From positions 1,401 to 65,400 of the IMG/VR virus record IMGVR_UViG_3300012347_000350: DNA of 64,000 nt; one strand, 5' to 3'. Position 1 is the stretch's first letter. The number at the start of each line of letters is the position of its first letter. Source of the stretch: a virus. Shown in pieces: positions 27,201-36,725 of the stretch. Position numbers and translations under genes: made by a program. The notes under the pieces are model-generated. The model saw only the letters and a program-made list of their open reading frames with translations. It was not told the DNA's origin and searched no databases.

Positions 27201-30200
27201 GAGCTTGGGCATTGAGCACCTTGCCGTATGCCACCAGGGCTTGCAGTGTTTGCATGCCTTCACGGCCGGCAGCAAACTCAGCCACTTCCTGCTTCTGGCC
27301 ACCGGTCAAAGCATCTGCCTTGCCGGCTTCGATGGCAGTAGCCACGGCCATGGCCAACTTCTTGATGGCACCGTCGTTCTCGGCCATGCGATCGTTGAAG
27401 ATCTGCAGCGTGGCTTCGTTGTTCTGCTGGTCAATCTTGACCCCAAACGCTTGAGCCACAGAGATCTCGAAGCGGTTCATCGCCTTGGCATCGCTCAAGT
27501 CCAGCTTTGTCGCCCACTCAGGACGGTAGAACATGAAGCGGTGAATCTTGCTGCCCTGCAGGTTCATGTCCTGTGTAGCCACACCGACGCGGAAGTTCCG
27601 CCACACCTCGTAGGTTGCGTAGAACGCTTGCTCGAGTTTGTTGGGGCTGTTCTTCTCGGCGTCTTGAACCAAGTTCTTCATGGCTTCAAGCTGAGTCTCT
27701 AAGCCGTCGTTCTTGGCTTGCATGGTCAGTCGGTTTTCCAACTGCACTTTTGACTCGTCGTACTCTTTCCAGCCGGCGGCTTGCAGGATCACGGTGTCAC
27801 CCAGCACCTGCAGCGCATTCCACATCGATGGGATGATGCGGTGCGGTACCTGCTGGGCTTCGTCAAGAATCTTGCGTTGCTGTTCGGTGATGTTCTGACC
27901 GGTCTTCTTGGCCATGGCTTGGCTGAAGCGGCGAGGTGCCCACGATGCAAAGGTAGGGGAAGCCTCTGAGCTAAACATGCGGGTCAACACCCCGCGCGCG
28001 CCCACGCTTGTGTCTTTGATCTCTTTGTTCGAGCCATCGAGCTTCAAGTTGCTGCGCACCACACGCACGTACTCAAACTGCGAATTTGGGTTGCCTGCAT
28101 TGAAGCCATCAATGAAGTCATTCATCTCGGCACCGGTGAAGTTCACGGTGTCAATCAGATTTTGTGAAGCCAAGAGCACCACGCCGTGCAGACCAAACGC
28201 CGTTTCCAGCTTGGCCATGTAGTTGGCTTCTGCCTTGCTGTTGGCACGCAGGCCCAAGGCGTCGACGATGTACTTGCCGATGTTGGCAGCCGCGCGGTCT
28301 TGGGTAGTGGCCAGATCCGACAAGGCCTTCATGCCTTCGCCCGTCACCGACACATCCATGGTCTCGCGCAGGCCGTGCATCTTCAGGATCGCTTCGGAGT
28401 CCTTGAGCGCCGAGCCATTGACGGCCTCGCTCATGTAGTTGTAGGCACCGTAGGCAATGGCGGTCACCAGGTTCTCATCGACCTTGCCGTCTGCACCCAG
28501 GAAGTCCTGGATCGGGTCTTCAAACAGGAAGTCTTCACGCGGGCCCTTGCCAGACTTGACATTGGCCAAGCCACCCTTGATCAGCTGCTCGCGGATGACC
28601 GGTGCCCACTGGTTGGCAAACTTCTGGAAGTTGTTGAGCGACCCGATCTCTTCATCGGTCAAGGACTCGGCGAAGAAGTCGGTCGGCACCACAGTGCCGG
28701 CGTTCCACAGGCTCAACAAGTTGTTGACCGAAACCAACGGACGATCCTTGGCGATGTCCGCATCTTTTTCGATGCGCTTCTTGGTCTGGGTCAGGAATGC
28801 CACAGCCTTGTTGAGCGTGCGGTACACAGAGCCCAGCACAGTGCCGGCAGGCAACACATCATCAGACGACTTGTCCTGGAAAACCGACAGGCCTTGAGTG
28901 CTCTTGGCATCTTCAAGTGCCGCTTCGGGCACGTCTGCGACTGCCGTGTCTGCAGCACTCTCTTCAGAAACTACTTCAGGTGTGCTAGTCTTCTCAGTAG
29001 ACTGAGTTTCAACTGTAGTTGTCTGAGTTGACTCAGCTTCTGCAGTGTTCGCAGAAGAGCCGGAGGCTACTCCATCAGCTTCACTGGCTTGACTTGCAGC
29101 ACTTGCGTCGCCGCTCTGAACATCTGACTCTGCGGTTCCCTGCTCACTGCCTGCAGTTCGCGCATCGGCACTTGCTTCTGCCGAGGACGCTGTGGATTGT
29201 TCCGAGCTTGCTTGGTTCCCCTGGGCGGGTGATACGTTCTTGACATCGTTTCCACCAAAGACAAAGTTGTTGGCAGCGTCAAGCTCTGCATAGGCAGCGC
29301 TCAACGCATCTGCTTCAGTTCGGATCTGGGTTGGCAACTTGGCTGATGCAGCAGTGATGTTCAATCCGCCGTTCTTCACCCGAGCTTCGTCCGTGATCCA
29401 AGCCCCCTCTTTCATGATCCAGCCAGCCTCAGTTTTGATGAGGCGACGGTTCTTGCCATCCTGTTTGGTTGCCGTATAGGCTTCATCCACCAGCGTGGCT
29501 TTTTGTTCGTGGTCATTCTTGAACTTGCTCAAGAGACCCAGCAAATTGGCAGCGGTCTTGACATCCTTGTTGCCAAACGCTGCATTCAACTGCTCGCGGT
29601 AGTTGGCAATGCCAAGCATCTGCGAGATGTTCTTTTTCTTGTCCCCAGCACGACCCAGGAAGATGTCCTTGCTGACATCGCCCAGCTTCAACAAGCTGTT
29701 TTCCTGTGCGCGCGCAACTGAGAACTCACGGAAGTACGTGCGCTGGGCATCGCTCAATCCGTTCGATGCGTCATCGGCCAAGGCCTGTGCAGTCTGAGCA
29801 CTCAAGCGCTCAGGAATCGCCATCGACAAGTTGATGATCTTGGTGGCTGCAGCCTGTGAAGCCACAGGATCAGCTGCCGTGATGTTCTTGGCTTCGGTTT
29901 CCACATCGACGGACGTCGACTTCACGTCCTTGTTGAACAACGACACGGCATCCTTGGCCGTGACGATCTGGTTCTCCAAATCGGTGATTTCAACCAAGCG
30001 GCTGGCCAGTGTTTCCTCAGCTGCCTTCGCATCGAAGCGCTCGAGCTTGCCCTGCACTCCTGAGATCCACGCATTGATGGCAGCAACCTGTGCGGCATCC
30101 GTGGTGTCGGCGTTTGACAGGGCTTCTTGGGCCTGAGCCAGGTCAGCTTCCAGACCGTCTTTCGTGATTCGACCCAGGCTGCTCTTCAAAGCTTGAACGC

Positions 30201-31596
30201 GGGACTCTGCGTTGGCCACGATCTGTGCGGCCTGCTCAAAAGCGGCTTGTTTCTGCTCGTCCGTCTTGCCTTCTTGTGCGGCATGCGCTTGCAGGCCCTG
30301 CACGGCCAGGCCGGGGTTGTAGGTTGCGCTGTTGGGATCAACCAGTGCCGACACATCGCCGGACTTGGCCACGGCCTGCAGCGTTTGCGTGTCGGTGGCT
30401 TCTTTTTCAGTAGCCACGGCCAGTTTCTTGAGCGATTCCGGCATCGAGGTGTTCAAACCTTGAATGCCACCGCCCAGAATGCCGCCCATGGCAGCACCTT
30501 GACCAGCCGCTGAGCCCACACCCTCTGCCAGTGACTGCGCAGGGTTGATTTGCTGGACACCTAGGTTGGCCAAGGCCTGGCCGGAGCCTTCCTCCAAGCC
30601 TTCTTGCGTGCCTTCAGCAGCAAACACCTTGGGCACCATGCCAATGCTGGCCTTGCCCTTGCCAACGAGCGCTTTTTCCAGTGCCGCACCGCCCGGGACA
30701 AGCTTGGTGCTGACCAACGAGGTACCGGCCGCTGCCAAAGTAGCTTGCGTGGCGAGCTCGGAGGCGATCTGTTGCTTGGCTTGAGCAGCAGGCATCGTCA
30801 TGGCGAGCTCAAGGTACTGAGGGTTCTGTTCCCACAGCGCATCAGGCAAAGCCATGAGGCGTTCCATGGTGTCTGAGCCAACGTCCACACCTTGCAGGGC
30901 AGCACCGGTAGCCACAGCCCCTGCAGTGGCACTCTTTTCAAGAGCCATCTCACCCAAGCGCGTTGCCGCAACCTTCGGAGCGACCTTGGCAGCCGTCGTT
31001 GCAGCGAGTTCTACCCCACGGCCGACCTTGCCGGCCACGCCCAGCTGCGCGGCTTGTTGAGCCACGAACTCAGGGATGCTGCCGGGGTCTTTCAAGGACT
31101 CCCAGAAGGACACACCAAACTCGGCAGCAATGCGTGCCGCTGTTCCTGCAGCGCCGCCGCCTACCGCTTCGCTCGCGGCGTCGCCTGCATCCTTGGCAGC
31201 AAGGTTTCGTTCTTGTGTCTTGTACTGCGAGAGTGCTGATTTCAGCTTTTCACGCTCGTTCGACATGGCCGAGATCTTCTGTGTCTCGGGGCCATAGAAA
31301 TTGCCGGTCGTAGCCTTGTCATAAGCCATGGCCGGAACCTTGGCCAAGCTGTCCAGACCCTGGAGAGCCGACAAACCAATGTCCTTGGCATCTTCAAAGA
31401 GGGTCGAGCCTTGGCGGCTTTTCCAATACAGGTCGTCATTGCGGGGATTGGTGCGAATCAGGTCTTTGAGGTGCGCAATCTTGGCATCACTGGCCGCTTG
31501 CAGTGCGTCGTATTTCTTCGACAGCCCGCGCTGGGCGTCTGCTTCCATCTCTTGAGTGGAGGCGTCATTGAAAAAATCACGGGAAATGTCAGCCAT
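21244..31596 (-). CDS. Virion-encapsidated RNA polymerase (N4 gp50-like vRNAP)
   Basis: 3450 aa; motif A VDGKTNG, motif B RKLAKTPLTAFIFG, motif C NVHDE; no Cys seen on read-through; N4 synteny. Confidence 0.95.
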   Translation of the reverse strand: MADISRDFFNDASTQEMEADAQRGLSKKYDALQAASDAKIAHLKDLIRTNPRNDDLYWKSRQGSTLFEDAKDIGLSALQGLDSLAKVPAMAYDKATTGNFYGPETQKISAMSNEREKLKSALSQYKTQERNLAAKDAGDAASEAVGGGAAGTAARIAAEFGVSFWESLKDPGSIPEFVAQQAAQLGVAGKVGRGVELAATTAAKVAPKVAATRLGEMALEKSATAGAVATGAALQGVDVGSDTMERLMALPDALWEQNPQYLELAMTMPAAQAKQQIASELATQATLAAAGTSLVSTKLVPGGAALEKALVGKGKASIGMVPKVFAAEGTQEGLEEGSGQALANLGVQQINPAQSLAEGVGSAAGQGAAMGGILGGGIQGLNTSMPESLKKLAVATEKEATDTQTLQAVAKSGDVSALVDPNSATYNPGLAVQGLQAHAAQEGKTDEQKQAAFEQAAQIVANAESRVQALKSSLGRITKDGLEADLAQAQEALSNADTTDAAQVAAINAWISGVQGKLERFDAKAAEETLASRLVEITDLENQIVTAKDAVSLFNKDVKSTSVDVETEAKNITAADPVASQAAATKIINLSMAIPERLSAQTAQALADDASNGLSDAQRTYFREFSVARAQENSLLKLGDVSKDIFLGRAGDKKKNISQMLGIANYREQLNAAFGNKDVKTAANLLGLLSKFKNDHEQKATLVDEAYTATKQDGKNRRLIKTEAGWIMKEGAWITDEARVKNGGLNITAASAKLPTQIRTEADALSAAYAELDAANNFVFGGNDVKNVSPAQGNQASSEQSTASSAEASADARTAGSEQGTAESDVQSGDASAASQASEADGVASGSSANTAEAESTQTTTVETQSTEKTSTPEVVSEESAADTAVADVPEAALEDAKSTQGLSVFQDKSSDDVLPAGTVLGSVYRTLNKAVAFLTQTKKRIEKDADIAKDRPLVSVNNLLSLWNAGTVVPTDFFAESLTDEEIGSLNNFQKFANQWAPVIREQLIKGGLANVKSGKGPREDFLFEDPIQDFLGADGKVDENLVTAIAYGAYNYMSEAVNGSALKDSEAILKMHGLRETMDVSVTGEGMKALSDLATTQDRAAANIGKYIVDALGLRANSKAEANYMAKLETAFGLHGVVLLASQNLIDTVNFTGAEMNDFIDGFNAGNPNSQFEYVRVVRSNLKLDGSNKEIKDTSVGARGVLTRMFSSEASPTFASWAPRRFSQAMAKKTGQNITEQQRKILDEAQQVPHRIIPSMWNALQVLGDTVILQAAGWKEYDESKVQLENRLTMQAKNDGLETQLEAMKNLVQDAEKNSPNKLEQAFYATYEVWRNFRVGVATQDMNLQGSKIHRFMFYRPEWATKLDLSDAKAMNRFEISVAQAFGVKIDQQNNEATLQIFNDRMAENDGAIKKLAMAVATAIEAGKADALTGGQKQEVAEFAAGREGMQTLQALVAYGKVLNAQAQRAGGADVGEVTVHMLVGVDGKTNGPILTQLALGAAETVKELFARLNRGGMYKGDDGVVNYNHWYERATSLDLYEDLAYQILNGIAVTKDFAAISVFTKELIDKNEKVTSDGRKLAKTPLTAFIFGSSIDGSVRSMQEAFVQQVIDRIEAVATGQDKKTSRVDLIRGLNTLLGTQMSENTSIEALMARPFTKADRQKLAEKFYEQIGSRVEETMKGYFETYLNRRNEINRTIQGSFEIYNAIYQDLRANEIQRLIDAGEIDTVERDGKKVPIHNMTVAQEKALREKVQAILPFANTAYTVDDNQLDAGLYMAKTNPATSDETSNRVKIQLGKRIPKKNGYPVSTMNGQAVTQSERSPGVAGLPYFMHSLDSFIMHMSLIGTETLNVHDEAANGVGNVEKTAKAINKSTWEAMLKFSPATESYQMLVRAVENTIKMLDAGELSPQALAGIKQALRAQLPYALRKSVSDEKLASVVLDLAFQAQFDANKVRLETLAQMTAIDQYTWEGGEYRVTDQDRQNAQEALQNHLQVSAVNPALIAAAERLNKALAETSVKAEPVAVEQDKTVGGSTLGELGKPAIPSDRDLVDFFRVNPNATAKQVIELLSAAGRLNPVNRKLLQLVSRVVSADLPIQYVTARTTDDQVLEKAKTPSRGWYVVKGNAESIYVLSPEFKNSGLTAETLLHELIHAAVAKTITDPSAEGKKLVAELESLMAKAKEFAAANGLTQFDAALVDVQEFVAWGMSNLAFQKEVLTQITFESKTRGNALITGMEKFISTLMGMLYKKPDENLNSGLSVLVGNVSGLFADAAQQNAKATSLNLSQASQATNPGSPYSTAQVFRALDKGNVSAAFQSHLSNLLTGMVQAVYGPMGALKSAMVSTVAATPIDAWSKVLASGQAVLASKLVNSGFAASAQEVFVMEQVEATVATALSITDITTKPAYRELYKLFSEAKATLTAQDFVNAGFTQADYDFVFDVEAGNGDRSDYLSRFAAIGMANEKFKALLNFKTEAGRVNLGNEGSLFDRLNAWFEQILAYFNHKATNTFAGQKADAKLEALIDRLMDIEAKHRFAAEAGDSQFQKYGDVVEDMTKGVVDAAKQKVIDFANSPIVRNSSSGVVKWGANIAKVAASGRAAAVMTALRSLRDHATDERDGIWAGLMREMKGPGELVQALLLMTKHSENLRQNAIAQTASVLVKEFKDAGKSLTKESKKALTAVLLRSGAHHLLGQYSLAQIAQVVGSNAALDQEISTVEASLSSGLKTLHINQAKGLGYYKATDLNTVPFLMKNAHVIARMLGTQYASQITEVQAAQEEAKIATLVALYAIKYSTMAQRQAVAAVMEQENVRTDGNGVDLMLKLHKDMEQESLDRLFNGNPVQMIHGYTPEIYDAYVTIEVANEIEGARLVAQGYEKADAVTSDKNVPDASGAYGVKQHLYIRRDGGMTRRVSGVMSLTGMKAKGTTIHNGFMNTNTYQGTWNASLQNSVNIAKQGELAAMASNVNFDPSANKQVNVSPVFDDNGNVVNWTHLMGGHTKDTTLKRENRFDKVMGTLAGSIIDKHKGRELNEQAIGALLDQYTVEKSVTPWSYTEVGPLSSDPENRELWNLLPEQARMDIRKIWGRDAIMIRKDSMDIIFGYRKLSAGDFLNKERGDLDGLQKTARELFHSLALYRGMNTDAADDWAKRLGAAVVKGERGWQEIYKEVKDIVVVKNLVTLLGNIHSNVSMLWLLGVDDGWKRQWTALRGIMAYEDDSKRLMELELKLDSGYAGNDRKRLGQEVIRLKDAIARNPVTRLVDAGLMPTIVEDVDLQEDPYSYKSELAEKLEQWTSKIPEPIRKAGKVVYMTHDTPLYKVLSRATQYSDFVARYAMYEHLTTGKEPMSHEKAVMKALNAFVHYDVPMQRNLQYLDDMGFTPFMKYFYRVQRVLMETARERPARVLGMILLNRFVNLGPIVLDSSLVHHVGNTPFKGGAANLPSVLDDLLTVQAGMALVK

Positions 31597-31640
31597 GCGC
31601 GTCTTTCTACTTATCGGGTGGCTGATCTTGCATCAGCCAT

Positions 31641-31673
31641 AAAAAAAGAGGGGCACCGTTTCCAGTGCCCCTC
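31641..31673 (-). terminator. Intrinsic terminator upstream of the vRNAP gene
   Basis: GAGGGGCAC/GTGCCCCTC stem with an A7 run on + (T7 on -). Confidence 0.7.
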
Positions 31674-31686
31674 CATTATCTGCCAA

Positions 31687-33186
31687 TCAAGGTGCTGGTT
31701 TAGCAACAATTGCAGCGACATCCTGTTTGCGTTGCATTTTCTGAGCTTTTTCTGCCTCAGCAATGCGGGCTCGCACAGCGTCTGTTTGAAGAGACTTTGT
31801 CAAAATCTCTCGTACCTTAGTTGCGCGCTGAGCGTCTGTGTACCAACCACCTTCTGCAGTACGGATTGCGTTGCGGATGTCATTGACAGACGGGCTAAAG
31901 AACTTGCCAGAGCCTTCTTTGGTTTCAATGCCACGCGTTGCCATCTCATAAACCAACTCTTGGACCTTTGGAACGTCTTCCAGTGGGCTATTACCGTCCG
32001 TTTTGTTGATAAGGTTCGGTACATCCTTGGCCAAAGCCTCGTAATCCGACGCAGCAGTGGGGTTGCCTGGGGCATTCCAGTTCAATGCCTTCATTTCTTT
32101 CAAGGCCACTTGATTTTGAGCGTTTGCTACTGTGCGCTCCCAAGCATCGTTACCCACCAGGCCGCTGGTGCCGTAGGTATCAAAGCCTGCGCGGATGTCG
32201 TTCTTGAACTTCTTGAGCGTCGCTGGCTTGTATTTGCCTGAATCAACCAAGGAGTTGTAGAAGTCGTTGGCTGCTTGGGTGTCACCGTTGATCAAGTTGC
32301 CAGAAATCGGCATGTTGGCTTTGGTAGCTGCCGCATCATAGGCTGCAACTTGTGCCTCGGTCATGTTGCCAAAATCAGGATGGCCTGATGAGGTCAACGG
32401 CAAAGGCTTTCCATCAACTGCAATGGTTTTAGCAAAACCACCCATTTGTTTGCCGATGCTGTCACGCAGCTGAACGTAGTTGGCTTGCGCACCAGCAACG
32501 TCATTCTGAATGGCTCGAGTCTCTTGCAGGTCTGCCAGTTCCAGCTTGCCTTTGGTTAGGTTCAAGCTGTTCAGTGCACCCGACGTGCGGCTGTTGCTGA
32601 TTTCAGCCTTCAGCTTGTCCATTTCCAAGGGGTGCTTCTCCGCAGCCCACTTGCGTTGCAGCAATTCTTGGGTCTTGGCATCAGCGGCGTTGTAGAGCGA
32701 TGCTTGCGCGCGCGTAGACAAGGCACTGGTGATCTTGTCAGCACCGTTGATGTCGCCTTGGGCAATCAGAGCCTTGGCTTTGTCGACGTCCGGCGCTTCC
32801 TTCTGATCCAACGCCGCGTTCTGGTAGGCCCAACCTTCTTGGTCACGCTTTTGAAGCGTACCCAGGCGCGTGTCGAGCGCGGTACGTGCAGCTGTCTGGT
32901 CGACTTGTGCACCGAAACCAGACAACATCTTTTGCAACTCGCCTGAGGCTTGAAGCGCTTGCATGCCCTCGGCACCTTGCGCTTCGTACAAGCGGTTCAA
33001 GAATGCGTTGGTGTTGTTCTCTTTCTGGACTTTGAAGTTCTGCTCGTCAATCGCAGACTGCTGCTTGAGTGCATCGTCGAATGCACCAAAGCCAGAAGTG
33101 ATCATGCGGTTTGCAGAGTCCAGTGGACGGCTGGCCTCAGCCAGCGACGGACCAGCAACGGTCCGCCAAGTGATGGGACCGTTCAT
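31687..33186 (-). CDS. Virion (ejected) protein, N4 gp51-like
   Basis: 499 aa, helical; MNGPITWRTV start; directly upstream of vRNAP. Confidence 0.7.
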   Translation of the reverse strand: MNGPITWRTVAGPSLAEASRPLDSANRMITSGFGAFDDALKQQSAIDEQNFKVQKENNTNAFLNRLYEAQGAEGMQALQASGELQKMLSGFGAQVDQTAARTALDTRLGTLQKRDQEGWAYQNAALDQKEAPDVDKAKALIAQGDINGADKITSALSTRAQASLYNAADAKTQELLQRKWAAEKHPLEMDKLKAEISNSRTSGALNSLNLTKGKLELADLQETRAIQNDVAGAQANYVQLRDSIGKQMGGFAKTIAVDGKPLPLTSSGHPDFGNMTEAQVAAYDAAATKANMPISGNLINGDTQAANDFYNSLVDSGKYKPATLKKFKNDIRAGFDTYGTSGLVGNDAWERTVANAQNQVALKEMKALNWNAPGNPTAASDYEALAKDVPNLINKTDGNSPLEDVPKVQELVYEMATRGIETKEGSGKFFSPSVNDIRNAIRTAEGGWYTDAQRATKVREILTKSLQTDAVRARIAEAEKAQKMQRKQDVAAIVAKPAP

Positions 33187-33728
33187 TACTTGACTCCGTT
33201 CTGTGCCATGTACTCACCCACCGACTGGTAGGCACCTGCGTTCGATGCCACGCGTGCGCGCTGGCGATCTTCAAGCGATGCGTTGGTGGTCGTCTTCTGA
33301 GCAGCAAAGTTGCGCTCAAACTGGCTCTTGCTGTTGGCCAGCGCATCTTTCGCCAGGTTGTACTGCTGCATGCCCAGGTACAAGCTACCAATGCCTTGGG
33401 CTGCACCCAGTGCCAAGCTGCCGTAGCCACCGACCTTCTGGCCGGTCTGCGGATCAATGCTGTCGATGACACCATTGGTACGAAGCCAGTTGGTAAATGA
33501 ACTGCCCATGTTGGGATCAGTTGCCATAGGGCTAGGCGTTGCAATAGGTCGATTGACTGCGCTGCCAGCAAACATGCCCTGTCCGGGCATTTGTTCGTAG
33601 TCAGCACCAATCATGGCAGGCGGTCCGCCAGCAGTGCCAGGAACAGCTACTGGAGTGTTCCAGTTGCCAAAAGAATAGGGACGGTTTTGTTGGCTCTGGT
33701 ACATGCCCGCCAAAGAATAATCAGCCAT
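33186..33728 (-). CDS. Virion protein, N4 gp52-like
   Basis: 180 aa; LGAAQGIGSLYLGMQQYNLAK...NASLEDRQRAR; synteny. Confidence 0.75.
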   Translation of the reverse strand: MADYSLAGMYQSQQNRPYSFGNWNTPVAVPGTAGGPPAMIGADYEQMPGQGMFAGSAVNRPIATPSPMATDPNMGSSFTNWLRTNGVIDSIDPQTGQKVGGYGSLALGAAQGIGSLYLGMQQYNLAKDALANSKSQFERNFAAQKTTTNASLEDRQRARVASNAGAYQSVGEYMAQNGVK

Positions 33729-35985
33729 AAAGGGGTTCTCCTAACGTGTCTTGAATCTTCGGAAGGGTGAGTGCCATGTCCACGTAGGAGGAAATTGCAG
33801 TGATCCCCAATGTTCCGATATTGCCATAGTGTACCGTTCTATTGAAATAATCTTCGGGCTTCTCCCCGAAGATCGTGAACGGGCTTAAAACAGTTTGATT
33901 CTCTAAAAGCTTGTTGGCTTGCTCGAGTTCTTTGTTCTCTTGGTTTGCGTAATCCTCGAACAATCGCTGTTCTTCCATCAGATCACCAAACTTTGATTGA
34001 ATAACAGCTTGCTGCAATCCATTGGACAGCATCAGCATTTCTTTGGCCCACGGCGCACCAGAAACACCTTTGGTGCCCACTTGGTATCCCATGTAGACCA
34101 GCGCGGCAATGGTCACGAGCGTTGCAAACTCTTGGCCAAACGTTTTGACGAAAAGACGAAAACCTGCGGTGTAGATCGCATTCATCACCACTAGGTCAAA
34201 AATGACGACAGCAACCAGTGCAGCAGTACCCTCCAATCCCAGCGCTGCTGCTAAAGTTTTTCCACCGTCCGATCCACCGGTTTGGACCGTGATGTAGACG
34301 GCCACCACGATAATGAAAACCTGGAACCACTCCTGCTCGTACCATTCGACTTCAGTCACCGTGCGGCTGTTGAACACAAAATGCAGCGACCGTGAGTAAA
34401 GAATTTCTTTCTCAGCAATTGAATAGTTTGTGGTCACCGACTTGTCGATGGGAACCAACAAGATGTCATCGGTTCCGTAGCCCGTGGTCGTGTAGCCGCC
34501 GTAGATGAAATAAGTCATCTGCAAGTCCGAGACCATCACCTCTTCGTAGAGGTTGGGCGAGAGCTGGTGCTGGTATCGATGAACTTTGACAGGCACCACT
34601 CGGGTAGAGCTTTGGCCGGTTTCTTGATCCACAGTCACTGCCGAAATCTCGGTGGAGTTAAACACGCTCGTGTAGGTGTTGACGGGACCAATCACGCCGG
34701 CTTTGACCCGCTTGTAGATGCCGTTGTGAGACAACGTCATCTTGAATCGAGCGTCTTGAATGACCGTGGTATGGCGATTCATTGTGGCAAGAAAGGCCGA
34801 GATCACTGAGCCAAACCACCCATCTCCACCGCCTTCGGCAATGGTCGACAAGATGCCAGCGCCGATTGGGCCGTTGTTGCCACCCAGTGCCGCGTGCATG
34901 TTGTCGAAGTAGTCAAACAGATACTTGTTGTCAATTGCATTGGTTGACACCGGCGGCATGGCCATGACCAACATGGCTTGCTCGACGTCGGCAATGCTGG
35001 GGTTTTCATTGATGGCTTCGGCCACAGCAGCGTAGTCGATGCCCAAGTACTTGAGCATGCGCTTACTGGTCTTGTACGCGTCAGTCGTCGTGTTCGATGT
35101 CGTCGACGCTTTGTTGTATCGGAAGTAAGCAAACGGGAAGTACGAACCCGATACAGCAGGTGACTCCACAAACACCGCATCCAAAGTGGGGTAGGTGCCA
35201 GAGTCGTTCTTGTACATCCAGAACTTGAGTTGGCCGTCGACCAGATAGCTCGCATGGAAATGGCCATCAAGCAAAGCAAAGTCTGCAGTGGAAATTGTGA
35301 ACGCTGCTTCGTGAAGCACGGCACCGACCTTCCACACGTAGGTCACGTAGAGCGACACTTCGGTAGCCGTCGCGCTGGTGTTGATCGGCGAGTGCTGCAC
35401 GAAGTTCCTGACATCACCCACGTTCATCGGACGCTCGGGCGTGTAGCCAGCACACGGCGCGGTGCCCCACTGAGCAATGGCAGCGGATGAGATGCTGTTA
35501 ATGCGAGAAGCTGGAACCACCACCACCATGTCTTTCAAGTACACCGGCGTGCCCTTGGCAGCGGTCAGAGTTCCAAGCTGATTGGTTTCGTAGTTGTAGC
35601 CATGGTTGGCCACTAGCTTGGTCCAACCCAGATGCAGCGCATTGGGTGCCCCAAAGTGCGAGTACTGCATTGAGACTTGTCTGCCTTCGACCAATGTCTC
35701 AATGACTGCTTCTACTTCTTGCCGACCTTGGGTCGATGAGTAGATCTCGCCTGAAGGCAAGCCATAGGTGTAATACTGCTCGGCATAGCGGTACATCCGC
35801 TCGGCCTTGACACCGATACTGGCCACCAGCTCTTCCATGATGTAGTTCGGCAGGTCTCCGTCATTGAAAAATGCCTTGATGACCCCGGCTTTGATCGAGT
35901 TGGGGACGGACTCGTTGTTGACCACCCGGGACACTTGCGTGGCAACCCGTGTGACCTCTTCGCTTCCAAAAGGGTCCCATCCCAT
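33721..35985 (-). CDS. Virion structural protein, N4 gp53-like
   Basis: 754 aa with hydrophobic C-terminal segments; synteny. Confidence 0.75.
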   Translation of the reverse strand: MGWDPFGSEEVTRVATQVSRVVNNESVPNSIKAGVIKAFFNDGDLPNYIMEELVASIGVKAERMYRYAEQYYTYGLPSGEIYSSTQGRQEVEAVIETLVEGRQVSMQYSHFGAPNALHLGWTKLVANHGYNYETNQLGTLTAAKGTPVYLKDMVVVVPASRINSISSAAIAQWGTAPCAGYTPERPMNVGDVRNFVQHSPINTSATATEVSLYVTYVWKVGAVLHEAAFTISTADFALLDGHFHASYLVDGQLKFWMYKNDSGTYPTLDAVFVESPAVSGSYFPFAYFRYNKASTTSNTTTDAYKTSKRMLKYLGIDYAAVAEAINENPSIADVEQAMLVMAMPPVSTNAIDNKYLFDYFDNMHAALGGNNGPIGAGILSTIAEGGGDGWFGSVISAFLATMNRHTTVIQDARFKMTLSHNGIYKRVKAGVIGPVNTYTSVFNSTEISAVTVDQETGQSSTRVVPVKVHRYQHQLSPNLYEEVMVSDLQMTYFIYGGYTTTGYGTDDILLVPIDKSVTTNYSIAEKEILYSRSLHFVFNSRTVTEVEWYEQEWFQVFIIVVAVYITVQTGGSDGGKTLAAALGLEGTAALVAVVIFDLVVMNAIYTAGFRLFVKTFGQEFATLVTIAALVYMGYQVGTKGVSGAPWAKEMLMLSNGLQQAVIQSKFGDLMEEQRLFEDYANQENKELEQANKLLENQTVLSPFTIFGEKPEDYFNRTVHYGNIGTLGITAISSYVDMALTLPKIQDTLGEPLYG

Positions 35986-36015
35986 GTGTAATCCTGACTG
36001 TTTGCTTCAGATATG

Positions 36016-36048
36016 AAAAAAGGGAGCGCTTTGCTCCCCCTGTTTTTT
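36016..36048. terminator. Bidirectional-type intrinsic terminator
   Basis: A6-GGGAGC/GCTCCC-..T6. Confidence 0.65.
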
Positions 36049-36059
36049 GCCTTGAGGAG

Positions 36060-36704
36060 TTAGGCCCCCACCCCCGACAACAGCTTGGTCACCGCTCGGC
36101 CCACGGCTGAGTCGTTAAGCATGTTGGTGCCATCGGCAACCGTGCCTTCGTCCGTGGTTCGACGCACGTTCCAGCTGTCGACCATGACCTTGGCTGCCTT
36201 CTGTTCGGCATCGCGCTTAAAGCCATCGGTTTGAGCCACGTACAGGGCCTTCTGCCGGCCCAAGATGCTGTCGGCATCGACGCCCAAGGACAACGTTTGC
36301 GCACGCTCGGAAGCGGTCTTCTGGGTGAGCAAAGCAATCTCTTCGTTCACACGCAAGATGTTGGCCATGGTCAAGTCGTACTCGGCGCGCAGCTTGCACT
36401 CTTGGGCAACCAGCACCGTGTTCTCGGCTTCGGCGTTCAGCTTTTGCTGAGCGACCAGCTCAATTTGTTTGGTCAGCAGCTGCGCTTCCAGGTCTGCCTT
36501 CTGTTTGGTCAGGAGGAACTGGGTCGCTGTCTGCAGTACCTGTGTCATGGCACCCAGATAGACCTCAGCATACTCACTGCCCTTGATCCGATTCTTGCCA
36601 AACTCCGACTCAAGGTGAGCCGCAGCGGCTTGCATAAGGACGTCGAAGACGCCTGTGCCGTCCACCGCCTTGGTGGTCAGATCTGCATTGGTAATTGCTG
36701 TCAT
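36060..36704 (-). CDS. Virion structural protein, N4 gp54-like
   Basis: LTTKAVDGTGVFDVLM...NRIKGSEYAEVYLG...FKRDAEQKAAK; synteny. Confidence 0.8.
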   Translation of the reverse strand: MTAITNADLTTKAVDGTGVFDVLMQAAAAHLESEFGKNRIKGSEYAEVYLGAMTQVLQTATQFLLTKQKADLEAQLLTKQIELVAQQKLNAEAENTVLVAQECKLRAEYDLTMANILRVNEEIALLTQKTASERAQTLSLGVDADSILGRQKALYVAQTDGFKRDAEQKAAKVMVDSWNVRRTTDEGTVADGTNMLNDSAVGRAVTKLLSGVGA

Positions 36705-36725
36705 AGGTCTATCCGGGATTTGGTT